Origin: an uncultured bacterium
GTDB lineage: Bacteria > Omnitrophota > Omnitrophia > Omnitrophales > JACQLI01
Assembly: GCA_964372875.1 (NCBI GenBank)
Contig: CAYJTB010000002.1
Location: 21,576 to 85,575, forward strand
Direction: 5' to 3'
Length of the DNA stretch: 64,000 nucleotides
How positions within the stretch are numbered: position 1 is the first letter of the stretch; each line of letters begins with the position of its first letter. The position numbers and the translations under genes are program-made. Below the pieces are notes generated by a model that saw only the letters and a list, made by a program, of their open reading frames with translations, was not told the DNA's origin and did no database searches. Shown here piece by piece: positions 41,715-51,670 of this stretch.

Positions 41715-43136
41715 ATGGCTAGAGAAAGAGAAAGAGAACGAGAAAGAACAAGTAACCCAGCAGGAAGAAGAACCAACGATGTCCCCAAACCGGTTTCGGT
41801 GGAAGAGACGGAGTCCCGGCCCCCGATCCAAAGACAGGAGCCGCCGCCTACTACTTTTACGCGGCCCGATGGAGACAGGGGGCTTGATGTTGCCAGCCTC
41901 AAGAAGATGAAGATCAATGATCTTCATGACTTGGCGAGGAAATTCAAAGTCGAGCTTCCCACCGGCATCAAAAAACAGGATTTGATTTTTAAAATCTTGG
42001 AGGCGAAGGCCAAAGAATCCGGGCTCATGTATGGGGAAGGCGTCCTTGAAATCCTCCAAGACGGATTTGGATTCCTGCGCTCTCCCAATTACAATTATCT
42101 TCCTTCGCCGGATGATATTTATTGCAGCCCAAGCCAAATCCGGAAATTTAATTTAAGAACCGGTGACACGATAAGCGGACAAATTCGCTCCCCTAAAGAG
42201 GGCGAGCGTTATTTTGCGCTGCTGAAAGTGGAAGCGGTCAATTATGAGGATCCCGAAGCCATCAGGGACAAGATTCCTTTTGATAACCTGACGCCTCTTT
42301 ACCCGGAAGAAAAAATTCGTCTGGAAACTGCGCCCAACGAAATTTCGATGCGGGTTATGGATCTTCTGACACCCATCGGAAAAGGGCAACGCGGATTGAT
42401 TGTAGCCGCACCTTACAGCGGCAAGACAGTCCTCCTGCAAAAAATCGCCAATAGTGTTACGCAAAATCATCCGGAGGTTTATCTGATCGTCCTTTTGATC
42501 GATGAGCGTCCGGAAGAAGTGACAGACATGCAGCGTTCGGTGAAAGGCGAAGTCATTTCTTCCACCTTTGACGAACCGGCTGAGCGGCATGTGCAGGTGG
42601 CGGAGATCGTTTTGGAGAAAGCGAAGCGGCTGGTGGAACACAAACGCGACGTCTTGATCCTTCTTGATTCGATCACACGTCTTGCGCGGGCGTACAACAC
42701 GGTCGTGCCGCATTCAGGAAAGATTCTCTCAGGCGGTATCGATTCCAACGCGCTCCACAAGCCCAAGCGTTTCTTCGGTTCCGCAAGAAACGTCGAAGAG
42801 GGCGGAAGCCTTACGATCATTGCGACAGCTTTGGTCGACACGGGTTCGCGCATGGACGATGTCATCTTTGAAGAATTCAAAGGAACCGGCAACATGGAAC
42901 TTCAGCTCGACCGGAACCTTTTCCAGCGGAGAATTTATCCCGCCATCGATGTCAAAAAATCCAACACTAGAAAAGAGGAGCTTCTGCTTCCCTCGGATGA
43001 ACTTCAACGGGTTTGGATCCTCCGGAAAGTTCTCAATGAACTGAATCCGACCGAGGCGATGGAACTTTTGGTGAACCGTTTGGCAAAAACCAAAAGCAAC
43101 AGCGAATTTCTCTCTAACATGAATAAAATGGAGTAA
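41715..43136 (+). CDS. rho: Transcription termination factor Rho, with a low-complexity (RE)n N-terminal extension
   Basis: RNA-binding and RecA-like ATPase domains (APYSGKT Walker A). N-terminal [12 protein letters not shown]. Confidence 0.9.
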   Translation: MARERERERERTSNPAGRRTNDVPKPVSVEETESRPPIQRQEPPPTTFTRPDGDRGLDVASLKKMKINDLHDLARKFKVELPTGIKKQDLIFKILEAKAKESGLMYGEGVLEILQDGFGFLRSPNYNYLPSPDDIYCSPSQIRKFNLRTGDTISGQIRSPKEGERYFALLKVEAVNYEDPEAIRDKIPFDNLTPLYPEEKIRLETAPNEISMRVMDLLTPIGKGQRGLIVAAPYSGKTVLLQKIANSVTQNHPEVYLIVLLIDERPEEVTDMQRSVKGEVISSTFDEPAERHVQVAEIVLEKAKRLVEHKRDVLILLDSITRLARAYNTVVPHSGKILSGGIDSNALHKPKRFFGSARNVEEGGSLTIIATALVDTGSRMDDVIFEEFKGTGNMELQLDRNLFQRRIYPAIDVKKSNTRKEELLLPSDELQRVWILRKVLNELNPTEAMELLVNRLAKTKSNSEFLSNMNKME

Positions 43137-43372
43137 TGAAAATGAAAGAAGGAATACACCCCAGCTACGGACCCTCGGTGGTCCAATGCGCTTGCGGCAA
43201 CATGATCGAGACGCGCGGTACGAAATCCCGCGTGTCGGTGGATATCTGTTCCAGCTGCCATCCGTTTTATACGGGCCAACAAAAGCTCGTGGATACGGCA
43301 GGACGCATTGACCGGTTTCAGAAAAAGTATGCGGGAAAGGTTACTTCCGGCAAAAAGAGCAGTAAGAAGTAA
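43136..43372 (+). CDS. rpmE: 50S ribosomal protein L31
   Basis: MKEGIHPSY...CxC...CxxCHPFYTG zinc ribbon. Confidence 0.85.
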   Translation: MKMKEGIHPSYGPSVVQCACGNMIETRGTKSRVSVDICSSCHPFYTGQQKLVDTAGRIDRFQKKYAGKVTSGKKSSKK

Positions 43373-43392
43373 ACCCGGAGTAAAACCCTTTT

Positions 43393-44481
43393 GTGCTCCC
43401 CCGGCTCCGTCTCGAAAAAATTCTGAAAAGGTCCGAGGAAATTGAAAACCTCTTGGGCCAGATTGAAATCGCCCGAGATCCTTCCAAAACTCAGACGCTT
43501 TCTAAAGAACTGGCCGGGCTTTTGATCGTCCTCAAACCTTTCAAAGAATTTTTGAAGATTGAAAAAGAAGCCGCGGAGATCGAGTCTTTTTTAAAAGAGG
43601 CGGGCCACGAAGCCGAGCTGAAACGTCTCTATGAAGAAGAGAAAACAAAACTTCTTCAAACAAAAGATCAGTTAGAACGCGACATAGAAGACCAGATCCT
43701 GCGGGAAGATGACCCCGATGCCGCTAGAAACGCGATCGTAGAAATCAGGGCGGGTACCGGGGGCGAGGAGGCCGCACTTTTTGCGAGCGATCTTTTTAGG
43801 ATGTACAGCCGTTACGCCCAAGACCGCGGTTTAAAAGTGGAAGTGATGGATACGAGCCTTGCGGGCAAAGGTGGTTTTAAAGAAATTATTTTTGGAGTTT
43901 CAGGTCCGGATGCCTATCGCCGGTTTAAATATGAAAGCGGGATCCACCGCGTGCAGCGCGTTCCGGAGACTGAGGCAAGCGGAAGGATTCATACCTCGGC
44001 CGTCACGGTGGCGGTACTTCCTGAGGCGGAAGAGGTGGATGTAGCGATCCAGCCTACAGAAGTTAGGATTGAGACCTTTAGGTCTTCAGGCCCGGGCGGA
44101 CAGCACGTCAATAAGACCGATTCCGCGGTCCGGCTCATTCATATTCCGAGCGGGCTTGTGGTCAGTTGTCAGGACGAAAAGTCGCAGTATAAAAATAAGA
44201 CCAAGGCCTTCCGGATTTTAAGAACGCGGCTTCTGGAATTGAAGCGCAAGGAGCAAGACGAAAAAATCCGGGCTGCCCGCAGAAAGCAAGTGGGCTCAGG
44301 CGACCGCTCCGGAAAAATACGAACTTATAACTTTCATGATAGCCGGGTGAGTGACCACCGGGTAGGTTTGACTTTGCATAACCTCGATGATATTTTAAAC
44401 GGAAATTTGGAAGAATTATTCCAAGCTTTGGAAAAAAAAGAAAGGACTCGGCGCCTCGCCGGGGAAAACGATGGCGAGTAA
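43393..44481 (+). CDS. prfA: Peptide chain release factor 1
   Basis: GGQ motif SGPGGQHVNKTDSAVRL. RF1-type tripeptide region. Confidence 0.9.
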   Translation: MLPRLRLEKILKRSEEIENLLGQIEIARDPSKTQTLSKELAGLLIVLKPFKEFLKIEKEAAEIESFLKEAGHEAELKRLYEEEKTKLLQTKDQLERDIEDQILREDDPDAARNAIVEIRAGTGGEEAALFASDLFRMYSRYAQDRGLKVEVMDTSLAGKGGFKEIIFGVSGPDAYRRFKYESGIHRVQRVPETEASGRIHTSAVTVAVLPEAEEVDVAIQPTEVRIETFRSSGPGGQHVNKTDSAVRLIHIPSGLVVSCQDEKSQYKNKTKAFRILRTRLLELKRKEQDEKIRAARRKQVGSGDRSGKIRTYNFHDSRVSDHRVGLTLHNLDDILNGNLEELFQALEKKERTRRLAGENDGE

Positions 44482-45340
44482 CGTTTTAGTGCACGCTAAG
44501 GATCTTCGGTCGTCTGTCGAGTGGGGGCAAAAAGAGCTTTCATTTTTAAGCCCTGAAGAGGCCCAAGAAGAATGCGAAATTATTTTCTCAACACTCTTGG
44601 GTGTTTCCCGATCAGGAATTTATTTCGAGACAGATTTTAATCAGGAGCTCTGCCAAGAATTTTCTCGTTTGGTCAGGAACCGAAAACATAGAATTCCTCT
44701 CGCTTATCTTCTTAAGCGAGCCCCTTTTTGGGAAGACGAGCTTGAGGCGGAAGAAGGGGTTCTGATTCCAAGGCCCGAGACAGAGATTTTGATCGGGGCC
44801 TTTACTCAATTGTCCGGTTTTTCTAGCAAGGATTCATTCCGGTTTTTGGATTTAGGATCAGGTTCCGGGAATATTGCGGTTACGATTGCGAAATTGTTTC
44901 CCGGGTCCAAGGGCGTGGGTTCGGATATTTCGGCCCCAGCGATTTCACTTGGACAGAGAAATGCCGAGCGTCTTGGGGTCAGCAATCGGCTTGAATGGAT
45001 TCAAGCAGATGGCCTCAGTTTTTTTAGTGATAAAAAATTTGACGTTATTTTTTCCAATCCTCCTTATATAAAGACAAAGGATTGTAAGCGTCTTCAACCG
45101 GAAGTTTGCAAAGAGCCCGGGCTTGCCCTGGACGGCGGAGAAGACGGGCTTCATTTTTACCGGATGATTTTTCAAAATCTTCGTTGCCTTAAACCCAACG
45201 GAAGTCTTTGGGTTGAAATGGGCTGGGACCAAAGCAAGGCCGTGCAATCTTTTTTTAAAGGAAATTTTCAACAAGTGAATGTTTTCAAAGATTTTAATCA
45301 GATCGACCGGATTGTCGGCGGATTAGGATTGAATGGATAA
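44471..45340 (+). CDS. prmC: Release-factor glutamine N5-methyltransferase (HemK/PrmC)
   Basis: SAM-binding motif DLGSGSGNIA. NPPY motif. Overlaps prfA. Confidence 0.8.
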   Translation: MASNVLVHAKDLRSSVEWGQKELSFLSPEEAQEECEIIFSTLLGVSRSGIYFETDFNQELCQEFSRLVRNRKHRIPLAYLLKRAPFWEDELEAEEGVLIPRPETEILIGAFTQLSGFSSKDSFRFLDLGSGSGNIAVTIAKLFPGSKGVGSDISAPAISLGQRNAERLGVSNRLEWIQADGLSFFSDKKFDVIFSNPPYIKTKDCKRLQPEVCKEPGLALDGGEDGLHFYRMIFQNLRCLKPNGSLWVEMGWDQSKAVQSFFKGNFQQVNVFKDFNQIDRIVGGLGLNG

Positions 45341-46598
45341 GCTCGTTATCCACGGCGGCCGAAGGCTGAAAGGCGAAGTCGAGGTTTCGGGGGCTAAGAA
45401 CTCAGCGCTTCCTATTATGGCGGCAGCACTTCTGAGCGATGAAGAATCCATTTTGGAAAATGTCCCGTATCTTCGGGACATCTCTACCATGATGAAGCTT
45501 CTTCATTCTTTGGGGGCCAAGGTTCACTATGAAGCAGGAACTTTGGTGATTAAGCCCGGGAAAAATCTAAGACCCGTTGCTCCTTATAAATTAGTCAGTA
45601 CGATGCGTGCCTCCGTTTGTGTGTTGGGTCCTTTGCTTGCACGGCTTGGATATGCGGAAGTTTCACTTCCCGGAGGGTGCGTGATTGGGCCCCGGCCTAT
45701 TGATCTTCATTTAAAAGGCCTCCGCGGCCTGGGCGCTCAAATTGATATCGAACATGGTTACGTGAAAGCGCGGGCAAAGCGGAAACTTCGCGGAAACGAA
45801 ATTTTTCTGGGAGGATCTTTTGGCTCCTCCGTTCTTGCTACGGGAAATGTGATGATGGCGGCCACGCTTACTTCAGGGACGACGGTCATTGAAAATGCAG
45901 CCTGCGAGCCCGAAGTAGTGGATCTTGCAGCGTGCCTCAAAAAAATGGGGGCAAAGATTCACGGTGAAGGATCCCCGCGCGTCCAAATTGAAGGCGTGAA
46001 ACATCTGAGAGGAATGCGGCATCAAGTCATCCCGGACCGTATCGAGACAGGGACTTATATGGTAGCGGCTGCGATCACAGGCGGTGATGTTCTTGTGAAG
46101 AAGGCAATCCCCGAACATCAAAATGCTTTGATGGATAAACTCCTCCAAAGCGGGGTCAAAATAGAAAGAAAAGGAAATGGGATCCACATCAAGCGGAATG
46201 GAAAACTCCAACCCGTGGACCTCGCGACGCATCCTTATCCTGGATTTCCGACAGATCTGCAGGCCCAGATCATGGCTTTGATGACGGTGGCCCCGGGGAT
46301 CAGTGTCATCACAGAAAAAATTTATCCGGACCGGTTCATTCACGTCGCTGAACTGAATCGTATGGGATCGCGGATTTTTCTTGAGGGCAATAGCGCGATT
46401 GTCCACGGGGTAAAACAATTGAGCGGGGCGCCCGTCACGGCATCCGATTTGCGGGCAAGCGCAGCACTTCTTTTGGCGGGTCTGGTGGCGGAAGGAAAAA
46501 CCGAGGTCCACCGTGTGTATCACTTAGACCGCGGGTATGAACAAATCGAAGAGAAATTTTCAAAACTAGGGGCTCGGGTAACCCGAGAGAAAGAATAA
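45333..46598 (+). CDS. murA: UDP-N-acetylglucosamine 1-carboxyvinyltransferase
   Basis: EPSP-synthase-like fold. MurA N-terminus MDKLVIHGGRRLKGEVEVSGAKNSALP. Active-site Cys region GGCVIG. Confidence 0.9.
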   Translation: MDKLVIHGGRRLKGEVEVSGAKNSALPIMAAALLSDEESILENVPYLRDISTMMKLLHSLGAKVHYEAGTLVIKPGKNLRPVAPYKLVSTMRASVCVLGPLLARLGYAEVSLPGGCVIGPRPIDLHLKGLRGLGAQIDIEHGYVKARAKRKLRGNEIFLGGSFGSSVLATGNVMMAATLTSGTTVIENAACEPEVVDLAACLKKMGAKIHGEGSPRVQIEGVKHLRGMRHQVIPDRIETGTYMVAAAITGGDVLVKKAIPEHQNALMDKLLQSGVKIERKGNGIHIKRNGKLQPVDLATHPYPGFPTDLQAQIMALMTVAPGISVITEKIYPDRFIHVAELNRMGSRIFLEGNSAIVHGVKQLSGAPVTASDLRASAALLLAGLVAEGKTEVHRVYHLDRGYEQIEEKFSKLGARVTREKE

Positions 46599-46613
46599 AG
46601 GGGAACAATCACC

Positions 46614-46859
46614 ATGAATGTAATACGACTGAAAAAAGTGGGAACAAAAAATTTAAAAAAGTGGCGCGTGATTGTGACTGATCGTACTGCGCCGCGTAAC
46701 GGACGCCTCTTGGAAGAGCTGGGCTCTTACAACTCACTTGTCAATCCGCCTGAAATCCGGATCCGGCTTGATCAATATGAGACCTGGGTGAAAAATGGCG
46801 CTAAACCAAGTGCCACGGTTGCGAATCTGGTTAAGGAACAGAAAAAATCGAAGGCATAA
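46614..46859 (+). CDS. rpsP: 30S ribosomal protein S16
   Basis: MNVIRLKKVGTKN...YxxVVxD pattern. Confidence 0.85.
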   Translation: MNVIRLKKVGTKNLKKWRVIVTDRTAPRNGRLLEELGSYNSLVNPPEIRIRLDQYETWVKNGAKPSATVANLVKEQKKSKA

Positions 46860-46870
46860 GCTGATTAAAA

Positions 46871-47584
46871 ATGCGCATCGATCTGGTTACGCTTTTTCCT
46901 GATTTTTTTGATTGGCCCTTTTCAAATTCTATTTTTAAACGGGCCCAGTCCGAGGGAAAAGTTGAATTTCACGTTCATAACCCCCGCGATTTTACGGACG
47001 ACCGGCACCAAACCGTGGATGAAAAACCCTTCGGCGGTGGCGCGGGGATGGTGATGAAACCCGAGCCTGTGTTCCGATGTGTGGAATCGATTCCCGGAAA
47101 GGGCTGGGTGATTCTCTTGACGCCCCGGGGGCGGCCCTTAACGCAGGACCTTGCGCAAAAGCTGTCAAAAAAGAAGCATTTGATTTTATTGTGCGGTCAT
47201 TATGAAGGGATCGATGAAAGGGTCTCTGAGGGCTTGGCCGACCAGGAAATTTCGATTGGTGATTTTATTATGATGGGTGGTGAGGCCCCGGCTTTATGTT
47301 TGATCGAAAGTGTGGTTCGTCTGGGGCCCGGAATTTTAGGAAACCCAGAGTCTATCAAAGAAGAAAGTTTTAGCGAAGCGGGCCTGGAATTTCCACAATA
47401 CACAAAACCCCGAAGTTTTCGGGGAATGAAAGTACCGGAGGTTCTTCTTTCCGGCAATCATCAAGCAATTGAAGGATGGAGAAAAATGGAAGCGCTGCGT
47501 CAAACTCAAAAAAACCGCCCGGATCTTTTGGCGGTTTCTCATAACGGACGCGGGCCTAAGAATGGAAAGAGGAAATCAAAATGA
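46871..47584 (+). CDS. trmD: tRNA (guanine37-N1)-methyltransferase
   Basis: MRIDLVTLFPDFF. SPOUT knot motifs. Confidence 0.85.
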   Translation: MRIDLVTLFPDFFDWPFSNSIFKRAQSEGKVEFHVHNPRDFTDDRHQTVDEKPFGGGAGMVMKPEPVFRCVESIPGKGWVILLTPRGRPLTQDLAQKLSKKKHLILLCGHYEGIDERVSEGLADQEISIGDFIMMGGEAPALCLIESVVRLGPGILGNPESIKEESFSEAGLEFPQYTKPRSFRGMKVPEVLLSGNHQAIEGWRKMEALRQTQKNRPDLLAVSHNGRGPKNGKRKSK

Positions 47585-47859
47585 ATCTCATAGAAAAAAC
47601 AGAAGCTCCTTTTATGAAAAAAGACTTACCCGCTTTTCGCATCGGGGATACCTTAAAAGTTTATTTCCGCGTGAAGGAAGGAGAAAAAACAAGAACCCAA
47701 CTTTTTGAGGGAACTTGTACGGCAAGGCGGGGACGCGGACTGGGCGTCACTTGCACTGTGGTCAAAGAGGCTTACGGAGACAAAGTGGAAAAGACTTTTC
47801 CTTTGCATTCTCCGACCGTTGAAAAAATCTTTGTTGTTCAAAGCAAAACGAAAAAATAA
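47581..47859 (+). CDS. rplS: 50S ribosomal protein L19
   Basis: ...FRIGDTLKVYFRVKEG...TQLFEG... L19 signature. The gene order rpsP-trmD-rplS has no rimM. Confidence 0.8.
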   Translation: MNLIEKTEAPFMKKDLPAFRIGDTLKVYFRVKEGEKTRTQLFEGTCTARRGRGLGVTCTVVKEAYGDKVEKTFPLHSPTVEKIFVVQSKTKK

Positions 47860-47865
47860 TCCGCC

Positions 47866-48504
47866 TTGTTGAAACTAGATCGCGAGCGATCGCTCTTTCG
47901 ATTTGACCAACGTTTTGAGAAGGAAACTGCGGAAGTCATTGCAGGAGTTGATGAGGTAGGCCGTGGGCCGTTGGCCGGCCCGGTGGTAGCCGCCGCGGTG
48001 ATTCTGAGAAAAAAAATCTCTCTCCCCGGGCTTAACGATTCCAAAAAAGTTTCTGCCGAGACACGAAAAGAACTTTTTTTTCAAATCATCAGGCAGGCAG
48101 TGATCGGCATCGGAGCGGTAAGCGAAACGATCATCGACCAAATTAATATTTTGCAAGCCACGCGAGTGGCCATGAGGCAGGCTGTCCTGGCACTTTCTAG
48201 AACTCCAACCCTTCTTCTTATTGATGGCCAAATCCGGCTTGACCTGCCCCTGAAACAAATCGCAATCATCCAAGGAGACGGCCAGTCTGCAGCCATTGCC
48301 GCCGCTTCCATCGTGGCAAAAGTTTATCGTGATTCTTTGATGGAATCTCTTGATCGAGATTATCCGGAATACGGGTTTGCCCAGCACAAGGGTTACCCCA
48401 CGCCGGAACATCTGGAAGTGCTCCGCAAAAAAGGCCCCGCCAAAATTCACCGCCGAACCTTCGCGCCGGTTCACAAGTGCCTGCAAAGCATTTCTTATGA
48501 GTGA
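47866..48504 (+). CDS. rnhB: Ribonuclease HII
   Basis: GVDEVGRGPLAGPVVAAAV (DEVGRG catalytic motif). Confidence 0.85.
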   Translation: MLKLDRERSLFRFDQRFEKETAEVIAGVDEVGRGPLAGPVVAAAVILRKKISLPGLNDSKKVSAETRKELFFQIIRQAVIGIGAVSETIIDQINILQATRVAMRQAVLALSRTPTLLLIDGQIRLDLPLKQIAIIQGDGQSAAIAAASIVAKVYRDSLMESLDRDYPEYGFAQHKGYPTPEHLEVLRKKGPAKIHRRTFAPVHKCLQSISYE

Positions 48505-48865
48505 TTTTCTTGGATTGGGCGGACGCGGGGAGGGTCTGGCCTGGGGTTTTTTGAAAAAACAAGGTTACAAGATCCTCGAAAAAAACTACCGCACCAAACT
48601 TGGCGAAATTGATGTGATCGCTTCAAAAAAGCGTACCCTCGTATTTATCGAAATCAAAACAAGACGCAATCATAATTTCGGCCTGCCTGAAGAGGCGATC
48701 GATTGGAAAAAACGCCGGAAAATGATCCGTGCGGCGGAAATTTATCTCCAGTCAAAACGGCTAGAGAATAAAGAGGCGAGATTTGATATTCTTGCCATCA
48801 CATGGAACGGCGAAGAAGAGCCGCATTTTAATCTCTTGGAAAACGCTTTCGAAATAGAGGCCTGA
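48497..48865 (+). CDS. yraN: YraN-family (UPF0102) endonuclease-like protein
   Basis: GEIDVIASKKRTLVFIEIKTRR core. Start taken at the internal ATG (MSDFLGL). Confidence 0.65.
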   Translation: MSDFLGLGGRGEGLAWGFLKKQGYKILEKNYRTKLGEIDVIASKKRTLVFIEIKTRRNHNFGLPEEAIDWKKRRKMIRAAEIYLQSKRLENKEARFDILAITWNGEEEPHFNLLENAFEIEA

Positions 48866-51192
48866 TGAATTTTTTTAATCCGCTCGATATCCGCAAAGGC
48901 GAGGGCAGAAAAGCCCTCCTCATGTTCCTTTATTTTTTTATCACCATCACGGTCCTCTATGTTTTGAAACCGGTAAGAAGTTCTTTATTCCTGGAAGAGC
49001 TGGGAAGCCAAAAGCTCCGCTATGTCTATTTAGGCGAGGGAGTTTTTCTCCTTTTTGTGACGTGGATTTATGTGCAGCTTGCCAAACGGGTGCAGCGGAA
49101 AACTTTTTTTACGGGCGTCCTGGCGATCTTTATCTCGAACTTAATTATATTCTGGTGGCTTTTTCATCTCAAGGTTCCTTACTTGAGTGCCTTCTTTTAT
49201 ATTTGGGTTGCGTGTTTTTCGATTGTAAGCGTCACACAATTTTGGACCCTTGCCAACGATATTTTTAATCCGCAAGAAGCGAAACGCCTCTTCGGTTTGA
49301 TCATCAGCGGCGGAAGTGCCGGGGGAGTGATCGGAGGTCTTTTAACTAACCGCGCCGTCCGTTGGGTTCACACCGAAGACTTGCTGCTTCTTTCCAGCGT
49401 TCTTTTATCAAGCTGCATTGTCCTGGTGGGATTTCTTTGGCAATACCTCCCGGAAGGGTCGCCGGGTTTTGGAAAAGAAAGGGCCACGATCGAAGTCCAA
49501 TCCACACGGAAGCTTTTTATGACCTCAAAATACCTTTGGATGCTTGCCGGCATTGTCATGTTCGCCAAAGTTGCGTCCACCGTCGTGGATAACCAATTCA
49601 ACGCAATTGTGGAACTTCACTTGGTAGGTAAGCAAGCCAAAACAGCCTTCTTCGGGGCCTTCAGCGCCGGGCTTAATGTGATTTCTTTCTTGATGCAAAT
49701 TTATGCGACGAGCATGTCGCTTCGCCTCTTGGGGATCGGAATTTCACTCGCCCTTCTTCCTGTGGGTTTGTCTGGAGCGTTTCTTTTCACGGTTCTTATC
49801 CCAGCTTTGGGGACCGCTACCTTCCTTAAAATTTTTGATGGAAGCATTAATTATTCCATTCAGCAGGCTTCCAAAGAAGTGCTCTACTTGCCGCTTTCCT
49901 CCAGTGTCCGCTACCGCGCCAAACCGGTGATCGACATGCTGATTTACCGCGTCTCAAAAAGTTTGGGGGGGCTTCTGATCATTATTTCCGCAACCCTTTT
50001 TGCGATTCCCAACGACCGGACCGGGATTTTGATTTTTTTCTTAGCGCCGTTTTGGCTTTTTTTGGTTTGGAAAATGAAATCGTCCTACCTTCATTTATTA
50101 CGTGAAAGGCTTTGGACGGACAAAGGCAAGGGCTCCATTTCAAAACCTCGCCGGGTCACGGAAGTGCTGAGTTTCCTTTACGATGAAAAAACCGTAGGTG
50201 AATTAAAGACTTTTTTGAAAGAAGAGTCGACCTTGGCCCGAAAGATGGCGGCCGCTGCATGCCTTCTTTATCACAGGGCAGGCAAGGATCTGGAGGCCAC
50301 CCGGAGACTGGTCAATGATATGATTCGCTGGGAAGCTCTGGAGACGCCTTCTAAGGATTCTGCCGAAAATGGCATGGGCCAAGAACGGGAATTCTTAGAT
50401 GAACTTCTCTTGCGGCAAGCCGAGAAGGAAGTTTCGAATCAACCAACTTCATTGTCGCAGGAGGATGCGCCTGCCGTTTTAAAAAGGCTCGAGACCCTTT
50501 TGGAAGATCCCAAGCAGGGGATGGGCATCAAACGCTCTGCGTGCGAATTTCTGGAACACCAGGCCGGCCAAAAAACAGCCGACGCCCTTTTTAAAATTCT
50601 CTCCCAAACCCAAGGTCATGCGCTCCGGTTTCTTTTAATCCAGACTCTTTCAAAGGTACAGGAACGCAATCCCTCGATTCGCTGGAACCAGGCGCTCGTT
50701 AAAAAAGAAATTTTCAGGGAAACCGAGCTTTATTTTAAAATCGGAAAACTCTCGAATTTTTATCAAGAAAGCCCCGTCAAAAAAGAAGAATTCTTGGAAG
50801 TAGCCCTCGGCGCACTCTCAGATGAAAGCCTTGAACGTTTGTTTCGCTGTTTCGGATTGCTCTATCCCGGAGAGGCGATGCGGATCATCTATGAGCGTCT
50901 TTTAGAACACCCTCATCCCGACGCTGTTCGCTCCCACGCCCTGGAGCTTTTGCATAACCTGGTGGGTCCAGAATTTTACGGGCTTTTGGAAAAACTCTTT
51001 GATCAAAAACCTTTGAGCAAGATTTCAGAGCAAGAGGCCGTCTCTATCCTTGAAGGAATGCTGAATTCTTCCGACAGGTGGCTTTCTCTTGTTGCAAGAT
51101 TTTTAGTGGGCGAGACAGACTTGAAAGGCCGATGGCCTAAATTGGGTGGTTCGGTTTCTGATTATTTGAAATTTGAATCTTTGGATGTTTAG
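48865..51192 (+). CDS. NTT/Tlc-family nucleotide (ATP/ADP-type) transporter fused to a C-terminal ~330-aa HEAT/ARM-like helical-repeat domain
   Basis: N-terminal 12-TM region with LKPVRSSLF and FWTLANDIFNPQEAKRLFGLI, matching Tlc FWQFANQI..EAKRFY..FG. The C-terminal part is an all-helical repeat (…LEHPHPDAVRSHALELLHNLVG…). Confidence 0.65.
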   Translation: MNFFNPLDIRKGEGRKALLMFLYFFITITVLYVLKPVRSSLFLEELGSQKLRYVYLGEGVFLLFVTWIYVQLAKRVQRKTFFTGVLAIFISNLIIFWWLFHLKVPYLSAFFYIWVACFSIVSVTQFWTLANDIFNPQEAKRLFGLIISGGSAGGVIGGLLTNRAVRWVHTEDLLLLSSVLLSSCIVLVGFLWQYLPEGSPGFGKERATIEVQSTRKLFMTSKYLWMLAGIVMFAKVASTVVDNQFNAIVELHLVGKQAKTAFFGAFSAGLNVISFLMQIYATSMSLRLLGIGISLALLPVGLSGAFLFTVLIPALGTATFLKIFDGSINYSIQQASKEVLYLPLSSSVRYRAKPVIDMLIYRVSKSLGGLLIIISATLFAIPNDRTGILIFFLAPFWLFLVWKMKSSYLHLLRERLWTDKGKGSISKPRRVTEVLSFLYDEKTVGELKTFLKEESTLARKMAAAACLLYHRAGKDLEATRRLVNDMIRWEALETPSKDSAENGMGQEREFLDELLLRQAEKEVSNQPTSLSQEDAPAVLKRLETLLEDPKQGMGIKRSACEFLEHQAGQKTADALFKILSQTQGHALRFLLIQTLSKVQERNPSIRWNQALVKKEIFRETELYFKIGKLSNFYQESPVKKEEFLEVALGALSDESLERLFRCFGLLYPGEAMRIIYERLLEHPHPDAVRSHALELLHNLVGPEFYGLLEKLFDQKPLSKISEQEAVSILEGMLNSSDRWLSLVARFLVGETDLKGRWPKLGGSVSDYLKFESLDV

Positions 51193-51202
51193 AAATTGAC
51201 CG

Positions 51203-51670
51203 ATGATTCTTTGGATCACCCTTCTGCTTTTTTTATTTTCGGGATGCAGCACTTCGAAGTCTAGCCCTCCTTTGGAGATACCTCTTGTTCCCTCCGCTTC
51301 CGTGGAGGAAAGCACTACCTTTGAAAAAGCCCTGGCCTCACCGCCCGCCTCTAAAGAAGTCGAAAGGGCGAGAATCGAGTATCTCCTTGAACGGATCGCC
51401 AAGTCTCCTTATAATTTCATTCGTAATGGAACTCAACATAGCGGAAAGCGCGCTGAAATTCATTTAAGATGGAAATATCTGCGCAATCAAAAAAAAGCTG
51501 CGGCCGCCGAACAATTTATCAACGACGTCGCCACCCGTTCAAAAATTTCCGGGGAGAAATATCTCGTGGTGCTTCCGGACAAACGCCGCATTCCTCTCCG
51601 GAATTTTTTAGTTCATGAACTCCATTCCTTTGATAAAAGCCTTGAAGAAAAACACCGCGAAAATCTTTAG
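51203..51670 (+). CDS. Lipoprotein of unknown function
   Basis: Lipobox LLLFLFSG-C. Confidence 0.5.
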   Translation: MILWITLLLFLFSGCSTSKSSPPLEIPLVPSASVEESTTFEKALASPPASKEVERARIEYLLERIAKSPYNFIRNGTQHSGKRAEIHLRWKYLRNQKKAAAAEQFINDVATRSKISGEKYLVVLPDKRRIPLRNFLVHELHSFDKSLEEKHRENL

